A DNA stretch of 64,000 bases from contig CAWJRT010000001.1 in assembly GCA_963845325.1 (NCBI GenBank), positions 59,598 through 123,597 of the forward strand, read 5' to 3'. This DNA comes from an uncultured Spirochaetota bacterium (GTDB lineage: Bacteria; Spirochaetota; Spirochaetia; SZUA-6; Fen-1364). This document shows positions 20,534-30,215 of the stretch, in pieces (within the stretch, counting starts at the first letter, position 1; each line of letters opens with the position of its first letter). Under the pieces are notes generated by a model. It searched no databases. It saw only the letters and a program-made list of their open reading frames with translations, and was not told the origin of the DNA. Position numbers and translations under genes: made by a program.

Positions 20534-21637
20534 ATGACCCACCGCGAGCGCGTCCTTGCAGTTCTGCGCGGGCAAAAGGCGGACATGGTTCCCTGGTTCG
20601 GGGACCTGGACTACTATGCCACTGCCCGGATCAGCCGGGGCGAGAGACCAACAAACTACAAGGAAAGCGACGATTACATCGAATGGCATCGCGCACTGCG
20701 GTGCGGTTTCTACCTGCAGGGCTACTTCCCTTTCCGGGAGAAAACAGAGAACTGCGAGATCAGCGAGTGGAGGGAGGGCAACCGGCGTTACCGGGAGGTC
20801 AGGACGCCGAAAGGCCCGCTGCGGGAGTGCTGGCTGTGGAGCGACACGACGTACTCAGAGGCTCCCGTGGAGCGGCTTCTGAAGAGTCCAGAAGAGCTGG
20901 AGGCGTACGCGTTTCTGTACGCGAACACCCATTACACGCCTGACTACGCTCTCGCGGAAAAACGGCGGAGGCAGGTGGGAGATGTTGGTGTCGTTCTGTG
21001 CTACCTGCCGCGGAGCCCGTTCATGCGGATGGTCGCGGTCGACTCGGGGATAGAGAACGTGACCATGATCCAGGCCGACGCTCCGGACGATTTCGACCTC
21101 ACGTTCGCAGCACTGACCGAGTCCCTGGACCGGGCGTCCCAGGTCGCCCTGGAGAGCCCGGCCGAGATCCTGATGATGCCGGAAAATCTCTCGGCCGAGG
21201 TCGTCGGGCCGCGTTTCTTCGAGCGATATCTCAGAGATTTCCAATCGCGCTGGTCGCGAAAGACCATCGAAGCGGACAAGTTTTCCTGCATCCACATGGA
21301 CGGGACGCTGGCGGGGCTGCTGCGGCAGGAGAGCTCGGTCGGGCTCAGCTTCATCGAGGCCATGACGCCCGGGCCCGTCGGGGATATTCCCATCCACGAT
21401 TGGAGCTCGTACCGCGGCGGCTCGAACACGATCTACTGGGGGGGAATCCCGGGGTTGTATTTCACGCCTCTCGTGAATGACCGGGAGTTCGACCGCCACG
21501 TGAAGGAAGTGCTCACCGTGATGAGGACGGACCGGCGGATGGTCCTGGGAGTGGCGGACCAGGTGCCTCCGGACGGTATGGAGAGCCGGGTGAGCCGCGT
21601 GCAGGAGCTCGTGGAGATCGCGGGGTTGTACGGGTAG
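20534..21637 (+). CDS. URO-D (uroporphyrinogen decarboxylase / MtaA-CmuA) family protein, paralog 1; not HemE
   Basis: Intact 367-aa ORF with the family-typical N-terminus ERVLAVLRGQKADMVPWF and C-terminus (LGVADQVPPD). It lacks the HemE PVWxMRQAGR motif. Confidence 0.7.
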   Translation: MTHRERVLAVLRGQKADMVPWFGDLDYYATARISRGERPTNYKESDDYIEWHRALRCGFYLQGYFPFREKTENCEISEWREGNRRYREVRTPKGPLRECWLWSDTTYSEAPVERLLKSPEELEAYAFLYANTHYTPDYALAEKRRRQVGDVGVVLCYLPRSPFMRMVAVDSGIENVTMIQADAPDDFDLTFAALTESLDRASQVALESPAEILMMPENLSAEVVGPRFFERYLRDFQSRWSRKTIEADKFSCIHMDGTLAGLLRQESSVGLSFIEAMTPGPVGDIPIHDWSSYRGGSNTIYWGGIPGLYFTPLVNDREFDRHVKEVLTVMRTDRRMVLGVADQVPPDGMESRVSRVQELVEIAGLYG

Positions 21638-21641
21638 GCAT

Positions 21642-22661
21642 GTGAAGAAGGCTGCTACGTTGGGCGATGTCGCCCAGGAGACGGAGGTCTCCAAGTCCAC
21701 CGTCTCCCGCGCCCTGAGCGGCTCGACCCGCATCAGCGCCGCAACGCGCAAGCGCATTCTCTCCGCCGCGCGGAAGCTGAACTATGAACCGAACTACCTC
21801 GCCCGCAACCTTTCGCGAAGCAGGACACTGTCCGTCGGGGTCATCCTCGAAGACATCATGAACCCCTTCTTCACGGAGGTTGCCAAGGGGATCGAAACAG
21901 TGCTCAACGCAGCCGGCTACTGCCTGCTGTTGGCGAGCTCTGGCTACGTGGAGCAGGCGGAGCTGGACCTGACCCGGACACTGCTGCGCAACCGGGTCGA
22001 CGGCATGTTGCTGACCCCCGTCGGCCTGGACTCGCCCTCCATCCGGCTTCTGCGCCAGCACAGGGTGCCGTTCTTCGTCATGAACGAAAAGTCCGACGAT
22101 GCGGAGACGAACTGGATCGATAGTGACAATCTGGCCGGCGGCTACCTGGCCGCGGAGCATCTCCTGAAGCTGGGGCACAGGAGGTTCGTGATACTAAGGA
22201 ACATGGACCTGCACGGGACCCGCGACCGGTTTGAGGGGATCCGCAGAGCTCTTGATGACCGCCGGATCCCACTGGCCGACCAGGTCATCCTGGACACCGC
22301 CGTCGGGCGGCAGGACGGCACGCGCCTCATGGACGGGTTCCTCAAGTCCGCGGACCGGAACGGGATTCCCTCCGCGATCCTCGCGACCAACGATTCGGTG
22401 GCCATCGGCGCGATGCAAAGTCTTTTTGCTTATGGAATCGAGGTTCCCCGGCAGGTATCCGTCATCGGCTACGATGACATCTCCCTGGCAGGTCTCGTGC
22501 GCGTACCCCTGACAACGGTCCACCAGGCCAAGTACCGGATGGGACAGATCGCCGCTACCGGTCTCCTGCACATGCTGGACGGCAGGCAGGAGCCGCGGGG
22601 CCAGCAGTTTCTGATCAAGCCGCGCCTGATTATTCGGGATTCCTGCAGGGAGCCTGTGTGA
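21642..22661 (+). CDS. LacI-family transcriptional repressor
   Basis: HTH motif ATLGDVAQETEVSKSTVSRALSG followed by a periplasmic-binding-fold sugar domain. GTG start. Confidence 0.9.
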   Translation: MKKAATLGDVAQETEVSKSTVSRALSGSTRISAATRKRILSAARKLNYEPNYLARNLSRSRTLSVGVILEDIMNPFFTEVAKGIETVLNAAGYCLLLASSGYVEQAELDLTRTLLRNRVDGMLLTPVGLDSPSIRLLRQHRVPFFVMNEKSDDAETNWIDSDNLAGGYLAAEHLLKLGHRRFVILRNMDLHGTRDRFEGIRRALDDRRIPLADQVILDTAVGRQDGTRLMDGFLKSADRNGIPSAILATNDSVAIGAMQSLFAYGIEVPRQVSVIGYDDISLAGLVRVPLTTVHQAKYRMGQIAATGLLHMLDGRQEPRGQQFLIKPRLIIRDSCREPV

Positions 22662-22745
22662 TGAAAAGCCGGGAAAGGGTCATGCGTGCGGCGGAGCTGA
22701 AGATTCACGAGGCGTCCGTGGAGTCGATGTATTGAAGGAGGCAGC

Positions 22746-23849
22746 ATGAAGGCTTACCAGCGGTTCGTCACGGCCCTGAACGGCGGCACACCGGACCGGG
22801 TGCCGGTGTTCGACTTCCTGTTCAGCCCTCGGCTCCAGAAGGAGCTCCTGGGCTATACGACAGAGCTCTACGACGGGGAGAGCCAGGTGAAACTCGCCGC
22901 TCTCCTCGGCTTGGACGCCCAGTTCATCCCCGTGAACGGCTACTGCGGCTTCGAGGACGAGCCGCACCCGCTTGGATCGCATTACAAGGACGAGTGGGGC
23001 GTCACGTACATAAAGAACGGCTGGCCGGTGATGCTCCAGACCGACGTGCCGGTGAAGAACCGCGAGGACTGGAAGAACTACCGCATGCCGGACGCCCGCT
23101 CCCCCATCCGCCTGAAGATGATCCGGGAGGCGGTCAAGGCCAATGATCCGCAGATCGCCATTGTCGCGGGTTTCCTGGGGCCCTTCACCATGATGTACTG
23201 GTACCTCACGGATCTCGCGACCCTCTCTCTCCTGGTCTACGACGACCCTGACCTGATCGACGAGATGAACGCCGCCTATGTGACCTGGGCGCTGGAATCC
23301 GTGCGGCTCGCCTATGAGCTGGGGGGCGTCCACGCCTTCGGGCTGGCCGACGACTGGGGCGGCTCCACGGGCCTGCTGATGTCGCCTCTGCACCTGCGGC
23401 GGTTCTTCGTGAAGCCCTTCGCGCAGATCGTTCAGGGGATGCGGGGGTACGGGCTCCCCGTGATGATGCACAATGACGGCAACCTCTGGGAGGTGCTCGA
23501 CGACCTGGTGGCCAGCGGCATCAATGCGTTCCACCCCGTCGAGCGGGGCGCCGGAATGGACCTGGCCCGGGTGAAGCAGAAATACGGCACAACGCTCTGC
23601 CCCATTGGGAACATCAACAACAAGACCACCATGGTTTCGGGGACTCCAGAGGAAGTGAAGAGCGAGGCGCTGGAGTGCCTGCGGATCGCGGCACCGGGGG
23701 GCGGGTACGTGCTGGCAACCGACCATAGCCTTCACGACGATATCCCCCTGGAAAACATCCGGGCATACATCGAAACAGCCCGGGAGTTCGGGAAGTATCC
23801 GCTGACCTTCTATCGCCGGTCCAACGGCCGTTCGTTGAACGGCTTCTGA
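22746..23849 (+). CDS. URO-D family protein, paralog 2
   Basis: Intact 367-aa ORF with RFVTALNGGTPDRVPVFD..., ADDWGGSTGLLMSP and GYVLATDHSLHDDIP. Confidence 0.7.
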   Translation: MKAYQRFVTALNGGTPDRVPVFDFLFSPRLQKELLGYTTELYDGESQVKLAALLGLDAQFIPVNGYCGFEDEPHPLGSHYKDEWGVTYIKNGWPVMLQTDVPVKNREDWKNYRMPDARSPIRLKMIREAVKANDPQIAIVAGFLGPFTMMYWYLTDLATLSLLVYDDPDLIDEMNAAYVTWALESVRLAYELGGVHAFGLADDWGGSTGLLMSPLHLRRFFVKPFAQIVQGMRGYGLPVMMHNDGNLWEVLDDLVASGINAFHPVERGAGMDLARVKQKYGTTLCPIGNINNKTTMVSGTPEEVKSEALECLRIAAPGGGYVLATDHSLHDDIPLENIRAYIETAREFGKYPLTFYRRSNGRSLNGF

Positions 23850-23872
23850 CAAGAGATTGGAGGAGGAATGAA

Positions 23873-24889
23873 ATGAAGAGGAGAATCGTGACGGTCCTTC
23901 TGGTCGTGACCCTGGTGCTGTTTGCCGCATCCTTCGGGTTCGCCCAGGGCAAGGTGCCCACGAAAGTGGGCTGGGTCGGCAACTACATGATGCACGAGTG
24001 GTACCAGACCGAGCTGAGGGGCATGAAAGCCCGGGCAGCGCAGCTGGGCATCCAGCTGGAGGTTGCTGATGCGAACCTCGACATGGCCCGGCAGGTCTCC
24101 ATGGCGGAAGACCTGATGGCCAAGGGCGTCGACGTTCTGATCATCACCCCTGTGCAGCAGGAAGGGGCCGAGGCAATCGTGAAAAAAGCGAAGGCCGAAG
24201 GCATCCCCCTGGTCATTGAGGGAAGCCCCGTGAAAGGCATGACCACGATCGTGGCCATCAGCGACTACGACTGCGGGTTCAAGGGCGGCGTCGAGACCGC
24301 CAAGTACGTGAAGGCGAACCTCGGGGGCAAGGCCCGCATCCTGGCGGTCGACCTTCCCATGCTCCGGCCGTGCATCCTGAGGGTCGACGGGTTCGTTGAC
24401 GGGATGCACTCCATCATTCCCGGTGCGGAGGTCGTGCACCGCATCGACGGCCAGGGCCTCAAGGACAAGGCACTCCAGGTGGCAACCGATGCCCTGACCA
24501 AGGATTCCAACATCAACGTCATCTACGGCTGCAACGACGACTCCGCCCTGGGCGCCCTGCAGGCGTACAAGGCCGCCGGGCTGGACACGAAGAAGCTCGT
24601 GGTGTGCGGCACCGGCTCCGAGGGCCTGGCGTTCATCAAGGCAATGCAGGAAGGCGGGCCCTACAAGGTCGAGGCCGCCATGTTCCCGGAAGCCGTCGGC
24701 TACGAGTGCATCAACATGGCGGTGAAGCTCTTCAACAAGGAACAGGTCCCCGCCCACTGGGTGACCCCGACCTTCGCCCTCACTGCGGACACCTGGGACA
24801 AGTATTACTCCCTCAACGGGGAAGTGCGGACGATCAACTGGGACATGGTGAACAAGATCCCGCGCGAGCCCAAGGCCACGAAGTACTAG
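23873..24889 (+). CDS. Sugar ABC transporter periplasmic substrate-binding protein (ribose/xylose type)
   Basis: Signal peptide (LLVVTLVLFAASFGFAQG) followed by a PBP type-1 fold pattern. Confidence 0.85.
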   Translation: MKRRIVTVLLVVTLVLFAASFGFAQGKVPTKVGWVGNYMMHEWYQTELRGMKARAAQLGIQLEVADANLDMARQVSMAEDLMAKGVDVLIITPVQQEGAEAIVKKAKAEGIPLVIEGSPVKGMTTIVAISDYDCGFKGGVETAKYVKANLGGKARILAVDLPMLRPCILRVDGFVDGMHSIIPGAEVVHRIDGQGLKDKALQVATDALTKDSNINVIYGCNDDSALGALQAYKAAGLDTKKLVVCGTGSEGLAFIKAMQEGGPYKVEAAMFPEAVGYECINMAVKLFNKEQVPAHWVTPTFALTADTWDKYYSLNGEVRTINWDMVNKIPREPKATKY

Positions 24890-24913
24890 CCCAGATCATG
24901 ACCGTGTGAGTCC

Positions 24914-24941
24914 GCTCCCCTCCTCGGCAGAGGAGGGGAGC
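24914..24941 (+). other. Intercistronic 12-bp stem / 4-nt loop hairpin between the binding-protein and permease genes
   Basis: The sequence is gctcccctcctc-ggca-gaggaggggagc. No U-tract follows it. Confidence 0.6.
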
Positions 24942-24958
24942 TTCGAAGGAGGCCAGAC

Positions 24959-25948
24959 ATGATGAGCACGGGCGGCGCGGCGAAGCGCGGGTTCGGCAGC
25001 CGGGTCATCCTCTTCAACGAGGCGCTCCTCGTGGGGGTCCTGATCCTGATCTGCGCGCTCGTTTCGGCCGGAAGCACGAAGTTCTTCAGCTCGACAAACA
25101 TCCTCAACGTGCTGCGCGACAGCTCCATGGACATCATCGCGGCCATCGGGATGACGATGCTCCTGATCACGGGCGAGGTAGACCTCTCCATAGGGTCTCT
25201 CGTGGCCTTTGTCGGCGTCGTCACCATGAACGTCATCAACCAGACCGGCAGCGTCGCCCTCGGAGTGACCGCGGGTCTCGCCCTCGGCGCGTTGACCGGA
25301 TTTCTCAACGGCGTGGTGCGGACCAAGCTCAAGGTCAACTCCCTTATCGGGACCATTGCCATGATGATGGCCCTGCGCGGCGGCGTGTACATCTACCACA
25401 CCGCCGCGGTTCAGAATTACCACTCCATTGACGCGTTTTTCCAGATCGGCAACGGCTACATCGGGTTTCTTCCCATCCCGATTCTTCTGATGGCCGTTCT
25501 CTACCTCGTGTTCCTCTTCGTCGTCACGCGGACGGTTATGGGACGGAGGCTGTACGCCACCGGGGGAAACGCCACGGCAGCCCGCATTTCCGGGATCAAT
25601 GTCGATCGGCTGAAGATCGCCACCTTCATGGCCGCCTCGATCCTCGCGGCGGTGTCGGGGATCATCCTCGTGTCGCGGATGAACTCGGGGCAGCCGAACG
25701 CGGGTCAGGGGTTCGAGATCTCGGTGGTTGCCGGCGTCATTCTCGGCGGAACCAGCCTCGGCGGGGGCGAGGGCACCCTCGTCGGTACGCTCATCGGCAT
25801 CATGATCCTGCGCGTCATCAACAACGGGATCATCCTCCTGGGATGGAACCAGGACCTGCAGATCGTCGTTGCGGGCTTCGTCCTGATCGTCGCTGTGTAT
25901 TTCGACAACAAGCGCAAGGCAGCCCGGGCGCGGATCATCACTACCTGA
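24959..25948 (+). CDS. Sugar ABC transporter permease (RbsC-like)
   Basis: Intact 329-aa polytopic ORF with GEVDLSIGS and ATGGNATAARISGINV. Confidence 0.85.
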   Translation: MMSTGGAAKRGFGSRVILFNEALLVGVLILICALVSAGSTKFFSSTNILNVLRDSSMDIIAAIGMTMLLITGEVDLSIGSLVAFVGVVTMNVINQTGSVALGVTAGLALGALTGFLNGVVRTKLKVNSLIGTIAMMMALRGGVYIYHTAAVQNYHSIDAFFQIGNGYIGFLPIPILLMAVLYLVFLFVVTRTVMGRRLYATGGNATAARISGINVDRLKIATFMAASILAAVSGIILVSRMNSGQPNAGQGFEISVVAGVILGGTSLGGGEGTLVGTLIGIMILRVINNGIILLGWNQDLQIVVAGFVLIVAVYFDNKRKAARARIITT

Positions 25949-25957
25949 GGGGGAGGC

Positions 25958-27448
25958 ATGAGCGAGGCACGTACACTGCTGGAGGTTCGCTCCATCGTCA
26001 AGGAGTTCCCCGGGGTCAGGGCGCTGGGCGGAGTCGACCTCAGCCTTCGGGCCGGGGAGGTCCATGCCCTTGTCGGGGAGAACGGGGCAGGCAAGTCGAC
26101 ACTGATCAAGATCCTGGCCGGCGTCTATCGCAAGGATTCGGGGGGCATCATCTTCGAGGGCGCGGAGCGCGAACTGCGCAGCGCGCACGACTCGCTCCAG
26201 ATGGGGATCAAGGTCGTCTTCCAGGAGCTCGCGCTGATCAAGGGCCTTTCCGTGGCGGAGAATGTATTCCTCGAATCATTCCCGCTTCACAGGAGCCGGA
26301 CCATCGACTGGAGGACCCTGCGGGCGCGCACACGGGAGATCCTGGACTCCATCGGGCTGGACCTTGACCCCGGGATGAAGGTCGGTCTCCTCACGGTGTC
26401 CCAGCAGCAGATGGTCGAGATCGCGCGTGCGCTGTCCCACGAGGCGAAGGTGGTGATCATGGACGAGCCCACCTCGGCCCTGACCCCGAACGAGGTGAAG
26501 CTGCTTTTCGACGTGATCCGCCGGCTGAAGGAGATGGGAAAGGGGGTTCTGTACGTGAGCCACAAGCTCGAGGAGGTCTTCGAGCTGTGCGATCGCGTCA
26601 CGGTCTTCCGGGACGGCATGCGAATCTCCACCCGCGAAATCTCGGCCACGAACCCGAATACAATCGTCACCGACATGGTCGGCCGGGAGATCACGACCCT
26701 CTTTCCTCGGACCCACGCGGACCGCGGGGAGAAAGTCCTCAGCGTCCGGGGCCTCTGCACGGAATCCAAGCTCAAGGACGTGAGCCTCGACGTGCACGCC
26801 GGTGAGGTCGTGGGGATATTCGGCCTGCTCGGCGCGGGCCGCACGGAGCTTGCCAAGGCGATTTTCGGCCTGGACCGGGTAAGCGGGGGGGAGGTGAGCG
26901 TGCGGGGCATCCGGCTGCACCCGGGATCCACGCCGCATTCCGCCCGGGCAGGGCTCGGCCTCCTGACGGAAGACCGCAAGGGGGAGGGCCTCGTTCTCCA
27001 GATGTCGGTCAGCCAGAACATGACCCTGCCGTCACTGCGGGATTTCTCCTCCTTTGGCTATATCCGTACAGGCGCGGAGGGCCTTCGTTCACGGGAGTTC
27101 GTCGACAAGCTCTCCATCAAGACGCCATCCCTCAAGCACAAAGTGGAGTACTTGAGCGGGGGGAACCAGCAGAAGGTCCTCCTGGCACGCTGGCTGATGA
27201 AGCGCCTGACCGTCATCATCCTTGACGAACCGACCCGCGGAATCGACGTGGGGGCCAAGGCGGAGATTCACCGCCTGATCGATGAGCTCGCAAAGGGGGG
27301 GCTCGCCGTGCTTGTGATGACGTCGGAGATGCCGGAGCTTCTCGGCGTGAGCGACAGGATCCTCGTGATGAGCAACGGGCGCATCACCGGAGAGTTCCCT
27401 CGGGATGGCGCGACCCAGGAGAAGATCCTGGCCGCCGGCATTGCGTAG
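25958..27448 (+). CDS. Sugar ABC transporter ATP-binding protein, duplicated ABC domains (RbsA-like)
   Basis: Walker A GENGAGKST, signature LSGGNQQKV, and two nucleotide-binding domains. Confidence 0.9.
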   Translation: MSEARTLLEVRSIVKEFPGVRALGGVDLSLRAGEVHALVGENGAGKSTLIKILAGVYRKDSGGIIFEGAERELRSAHDSLQMGIKVVFQELALIKGLSVAENVFLESFPLHRSRTIDWRTLRARTREILDSIGLDLDPGMKVGLLTVSQQQMVEIARALSHEAKVVIMDEPTSALTPNEVKLLFDVIRRLKEMGKGVLYVSHKLEEVFELCDRVTVFRDGMRISTREISATNPNTIVTDMVGREITTLFPRTHADRGEKVLSVRGLCTESKLKDVSLDVHAGEVVGIFGLLGAGRTELAKAIFGLDRVSGGEVSVRGIRLHPGSTPHSARAGLGLLTEDRKGEGLVLQMSVSQNMTLPSLRDFSSFGYIRTGAEGLRSREFVDKLSIKTPSLKHKVEYLSGGNQQKVLLARWLMKRLTVIILDEPTRGIDVGAKAEIHRLIDELAKGGLAVLVMTSEMPELLGVSDRILVMSNGRITGEFPRDGATQEKILAAGIA

Positions 27449-27461
27449 GAGGAGCGAGACC

Positions 27462-28439
27462 ATGATCCCGCAGCATGCGAAATTGCGTCCGGGGGTTTTT
27501 GCCAGCGTCATGCGGTACAACGAGCTCGGCCTCCTTGCCGTCGCTGTCCTTCTCTTCGTGTTCTTCAGCATCGGATCTCCCTATTTTTTCAAGGTGAGGA
27601 ACCTGTCCAATGTGCTGGGGCAGATATCCCTGACCATGATCGCCGCGGTCGGCCTCTCCCTGCTCCTGATCACGGGAGAAGTGGACATCAGCATCGGCTC
27701 CCTGCAGGCGGTTGTCGCCCTTCCTCTCCTCATCATCATGAACAGGACGGGCAGCTTCTGGCTCGGGGTGGTCCCGGCGCTCCTCACGGGAGTGCTGATC
27801 GGCGTCGTCAACGGGCTCCTGGTCACGCGCCTGAAGATCAATTCACTCATCGTCACCCTGGGTATGTACTACCTTCTGCGGGGCTTCGTGTACTTTGCCA
27901 CCGGCAAGGTGCCGATCTCGGACAGCTCCAACAACGCGTTCTTTTTCCAAATCGGCAACGGCAAGCTCTTCGGCTTCCTTCCTGTGATGGCGATCCTCAT
28001 GATCGTCATCACGTGTGCGTTCATTTTCGTGCTGCGCAGCACGACCTACGGGCGGAGGCTCTATGCTGTCGGGGGCAACCCGGAGGTCGCAAGAGCCGTG
28101 GGCATCAACCCGGAGAGGCTGAAGTTCAGCGCCTTCGTGCTGTGCTCCTTGTTCGCGTCCGTCAGCGCGATCCTGCTGGCGTCCCGCCTGAGCTCGGCCA
28201 ACCACATGGCGGGGCAGGGATTCGAGTTCCAGGTCATCGCCGCGGTTGTCATGGGCGGGGTGAGTCTTTCCGGCGGCGTGGGGAACCTCGTGGGGGCGCT
28301 GTTCGGGGTGCTCATCTTCGGTCTCATCCAGAACGGGATGGGCCTCATGGCGGTGGACACCCAGTACCAGCTGGTCATCACGGGGGCGATCATCGTGGCG
28401 GCCGTCGCCATCGACGAGCTGCGAAACCGGAGGGCCTGA
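27462..28439 (+). CDS. Second sugar ABC transporter permease
   Basis: GEVDISIGS and AVGGNPEVARAVGINP. An AGGAGG Shine-Dalgarno sequence lies 8 nt upstream of the ATG at 27462. Confidence 0.85.
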   Translation: MIPQHAKLRPGVFASVMRYNELGLLAVAVLLFVFFSIGSPYFFKVRNLSNVLGQISLTMIAAVGLSLLLITGEVDISIGSLQAVVALPLLIIMNRTGSFWLGVVPALLTGVLIGVVNGLLVTRLKINSLIVTLGMYYLLRGFVYFATGKVPISDSSNNAFFFQIGNGKLFGFLPVMAILMIVITCAFIFVLRSTTYGRRLYAVGGNPEVARAVGINPERLKFSAFVLCSLFASVSAILLASRLSSANHMAGQGFEFQVIAAVVMGGVSLSGGVGNLVGALFGVLIFGLIQNGMGLMAVDTQYQLVITGAIIVAAVAIDELRNRRA

Positions 28440-28445
28440 CAGTAC

Positions 28446-29069
28446 ATGAAGGCGGCTCTCCCGGTGATCCTGGGCGCGATCGCCATCGGTTCGATCGTTC
28501 GCCTGTCCTCCGGTACCCCCGTTCTGCAGACCGACCTCCTCCTGTCTGGAATTGCAGCGGGCCCTGCGCCGAACGGCACCCCCGAGTCCACAGTCCTTTC
28601 CTTCTACGAGCTGATCGCGAAGGGCGAATACGAAAAGGCCTGGGGGCTGTCCGTCGAACCGGTCTGGAAGGGTGCGCGGGAGACTGCCTACAGGGACGCT
28701 GTGCTGGCTGCCGCAGCCCCCGAAGGCTGGACGCCGGAGAAGGAGTTTGTGTCGCGCTGCGAGGAGGACATCGGTGACGGGATGAAGCTCAACGGGATCC
28801 GCGCGGTCACACTCTTAGCGGCCCCCGACAGCCCTGAAGCGCGCGCGGTGGAGGCCCGCACACATGCACGGCTGTCCGGCGTCCACGCCAGTGGTCAGAT
28901 GCTCGGGGCGTGCCTCATCTACCGCTGGGACAAGGACCTTGCCGTCGCCGAGGTTGACGGGGCGTACAAAGTCGTGCTCCCCGGCACCAGGGCTGCGAAA
29001 AGCTGTTTCCACCAGTCGTGGTTTTCAAACATGACTCTGCTCGCCTCCCTGCGGGCTGCGGGCAAATGA
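28446..29069 (+). CDS. Membrane-anchored hypothetical protein co-transcribed with the ABC system
   Basis: 207-aa ORF starting 6 nt after the permease stop, with an N-terminal hydrophobic helix. I recognise no family. Confidence 0.45.
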   Translation: MKAALPVILGAIAIGSIVRLSSGTPVLQTDLLLSGIAAGPAPNGTPESTVLSFYELIAKGEYEKAWGLSVEPVWKGARETAYRDAVLAAAAPEGWTPEKEFVSRCEEDIGDGMKLNGIRAVTLLAAPDSPEARAVEARTHARLSGVHASGQMLGACLIYRWDKDLAVAEVDGAYKVVLPGTRAAKSCFHQSWFSNMTLLASLRAAGK

Positions 29070-29113
29070 GAGCTCTCTACCGGTCGAGGCCCGGCCGCTG
29101 AGGAGGCTTCTTC

Positions 29114-29602
29114 GTGAAACCAAGGCGCTACCTGAAGCCATGGATCTTTGGCGTACTGGCCGGGAGCCTCTTCGTTCTGGCGGACGTCGTGTTCCCGATC
29201 TCCCCGCCTTCCGCGTACGCCTTCTGCCTTTCCTGCCATGTGCGTGACCTCGTGAACACCGTCGTCAACTCGGTGTTCCTCACCAGGTTCCAGGCCACGG
29301 AGGTGGCCAGTCGCGCGCTCATGCTCACTTCTCCCGGGGTTCTCGTCGGGGCGCTCGTCGCCGCCCGCCTCAATCGCGAGATCCGTCCGAGAAAGGCGGA
29401 CAAGCCCCTGCTCTCTGCCGCGCTGGGTTTCCTGGTCATGACGATCGGAATTGTGATCTTCGGCTGCCCGACCCGTATCGTGCTCAGGGCCGGCTACGGC
29501 GAGATCTACGGCATCGTGGCTCTCCTTGGAATGTCTGGCGGCATTGCTGCGGCCACCCTTCTCATGAGGCTCCGATCCGCCCGCGGGAGGGGACCGCAAT
29601 GA
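29114..29602 (+). CDS. YeeE/YedE-family (sulfur/selenium transport-like) membrane protein, first half-size subunit
   Basis: 162-aa ORF with 4 predicted hydrophobic segments and Cys-containing motifs (FCLSCH, FGCPTR). GTG start with an AGGAGG Shine-Dalgarno sequence. Confidence 0.55.
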   Translation: MKPRRYLKPWIFGVLAGSLFVLADVVFPISPPSAYAFCLSCHVRDLVNTVVNSVFLTRFQATEVASRALMLTSPGVLVGALVAARLNREIRPRKADKPLLSAALGFLVMTIGIVIFGCPTRIVLRAGYGEIYGIVALLGMSGGIAAATLLMRLRSARGRGPQ

Positions 29603-30144
29603 GTGCCGTCCTCCTCTCACTGGTATTCCTGGGTATTGGATGTACGGTCGGCTTCCTGGCCCAGCGGTCCCGGATGTGCTTCGTGGCCGGCCTGCGGGAC
29701 TGGATCCTCGTCCGGGACGCTGAGCTTCTCACGGGGCTGTTCTCGTTCCTTGCGACCGTCTGGGTGCTTACTTCCGTGTTCGCGGCCCTGGGCCTCCTCC
29801 ACCAGGGGGCGCCGGAGTATGGCGCAACTCCCGGCCTGCGGCCCGCGCCCGGGGTTGTTGCATCCGGCGAGCCTTCTCCAGCGCCCGCCCTCTCCTTGGT
29901 GCGCCTGGGGGACGCGAGCCGCGCATCGCTTTCTTCTCTGCTCAACAATTTCTTCCTCGCCACGCTGGCGGGAGGGTTCCTGATCGGGGTGTTCTCCGTG
30001 ATCGCCGGCGGCTGCGTGATGCGCCAGCACGTTCTCTGCGCCCAGGGAGATCGCAACGCCCTTTTCTACCTCGCAGGCTTTTACGGCGCGGTGGTCGTGT
30101 ACTATGCGCTCCTGTCGCGCTTCTTCGACTGGGCCAACGCTTAG
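29599..30144 (+). CDS. YeeE/YedE-family membrane protein, second half-size subunit
   Basis: GFLAQRSRMCFVAGLRD and IAGGCVMRQ motifs. ATGA overlap with the previous gene. Confidence 0.6.
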   Translation: MSAVLLSLVFLGIGCTVGFLAQRSRMCFVAGLRDWILVRDAELLTGLFSFLATVWVLTSVFAALGLLHQGAPEYGATPGLRPAPGVVASGEPSPAPALSLVRLGDASRASLSSLLNNFFLATLAGGFLIGVFSVIAGGCVMRQHVLCAQGDRNALFYLAGFYGAVVVYYALLSRFFDWANA

Positions 30145-30215
30145 GGGTATTCTTTGACATCGGCAAATGACTGTTCTATTCTGGGCTCGCAGCACTGCGT
30201 GATCGGGAGGAAACC

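Noticed and set aside
20534-21637. Annotating the URO-D-family genes as hemE (uroporphyrinogen decarboxylase)
   Set aside because: They lack the conserved N-terminal PVWxMRQAGR motif, and the context is LacI/ABC sugar genes with no haem-biosynthesis neighbours.
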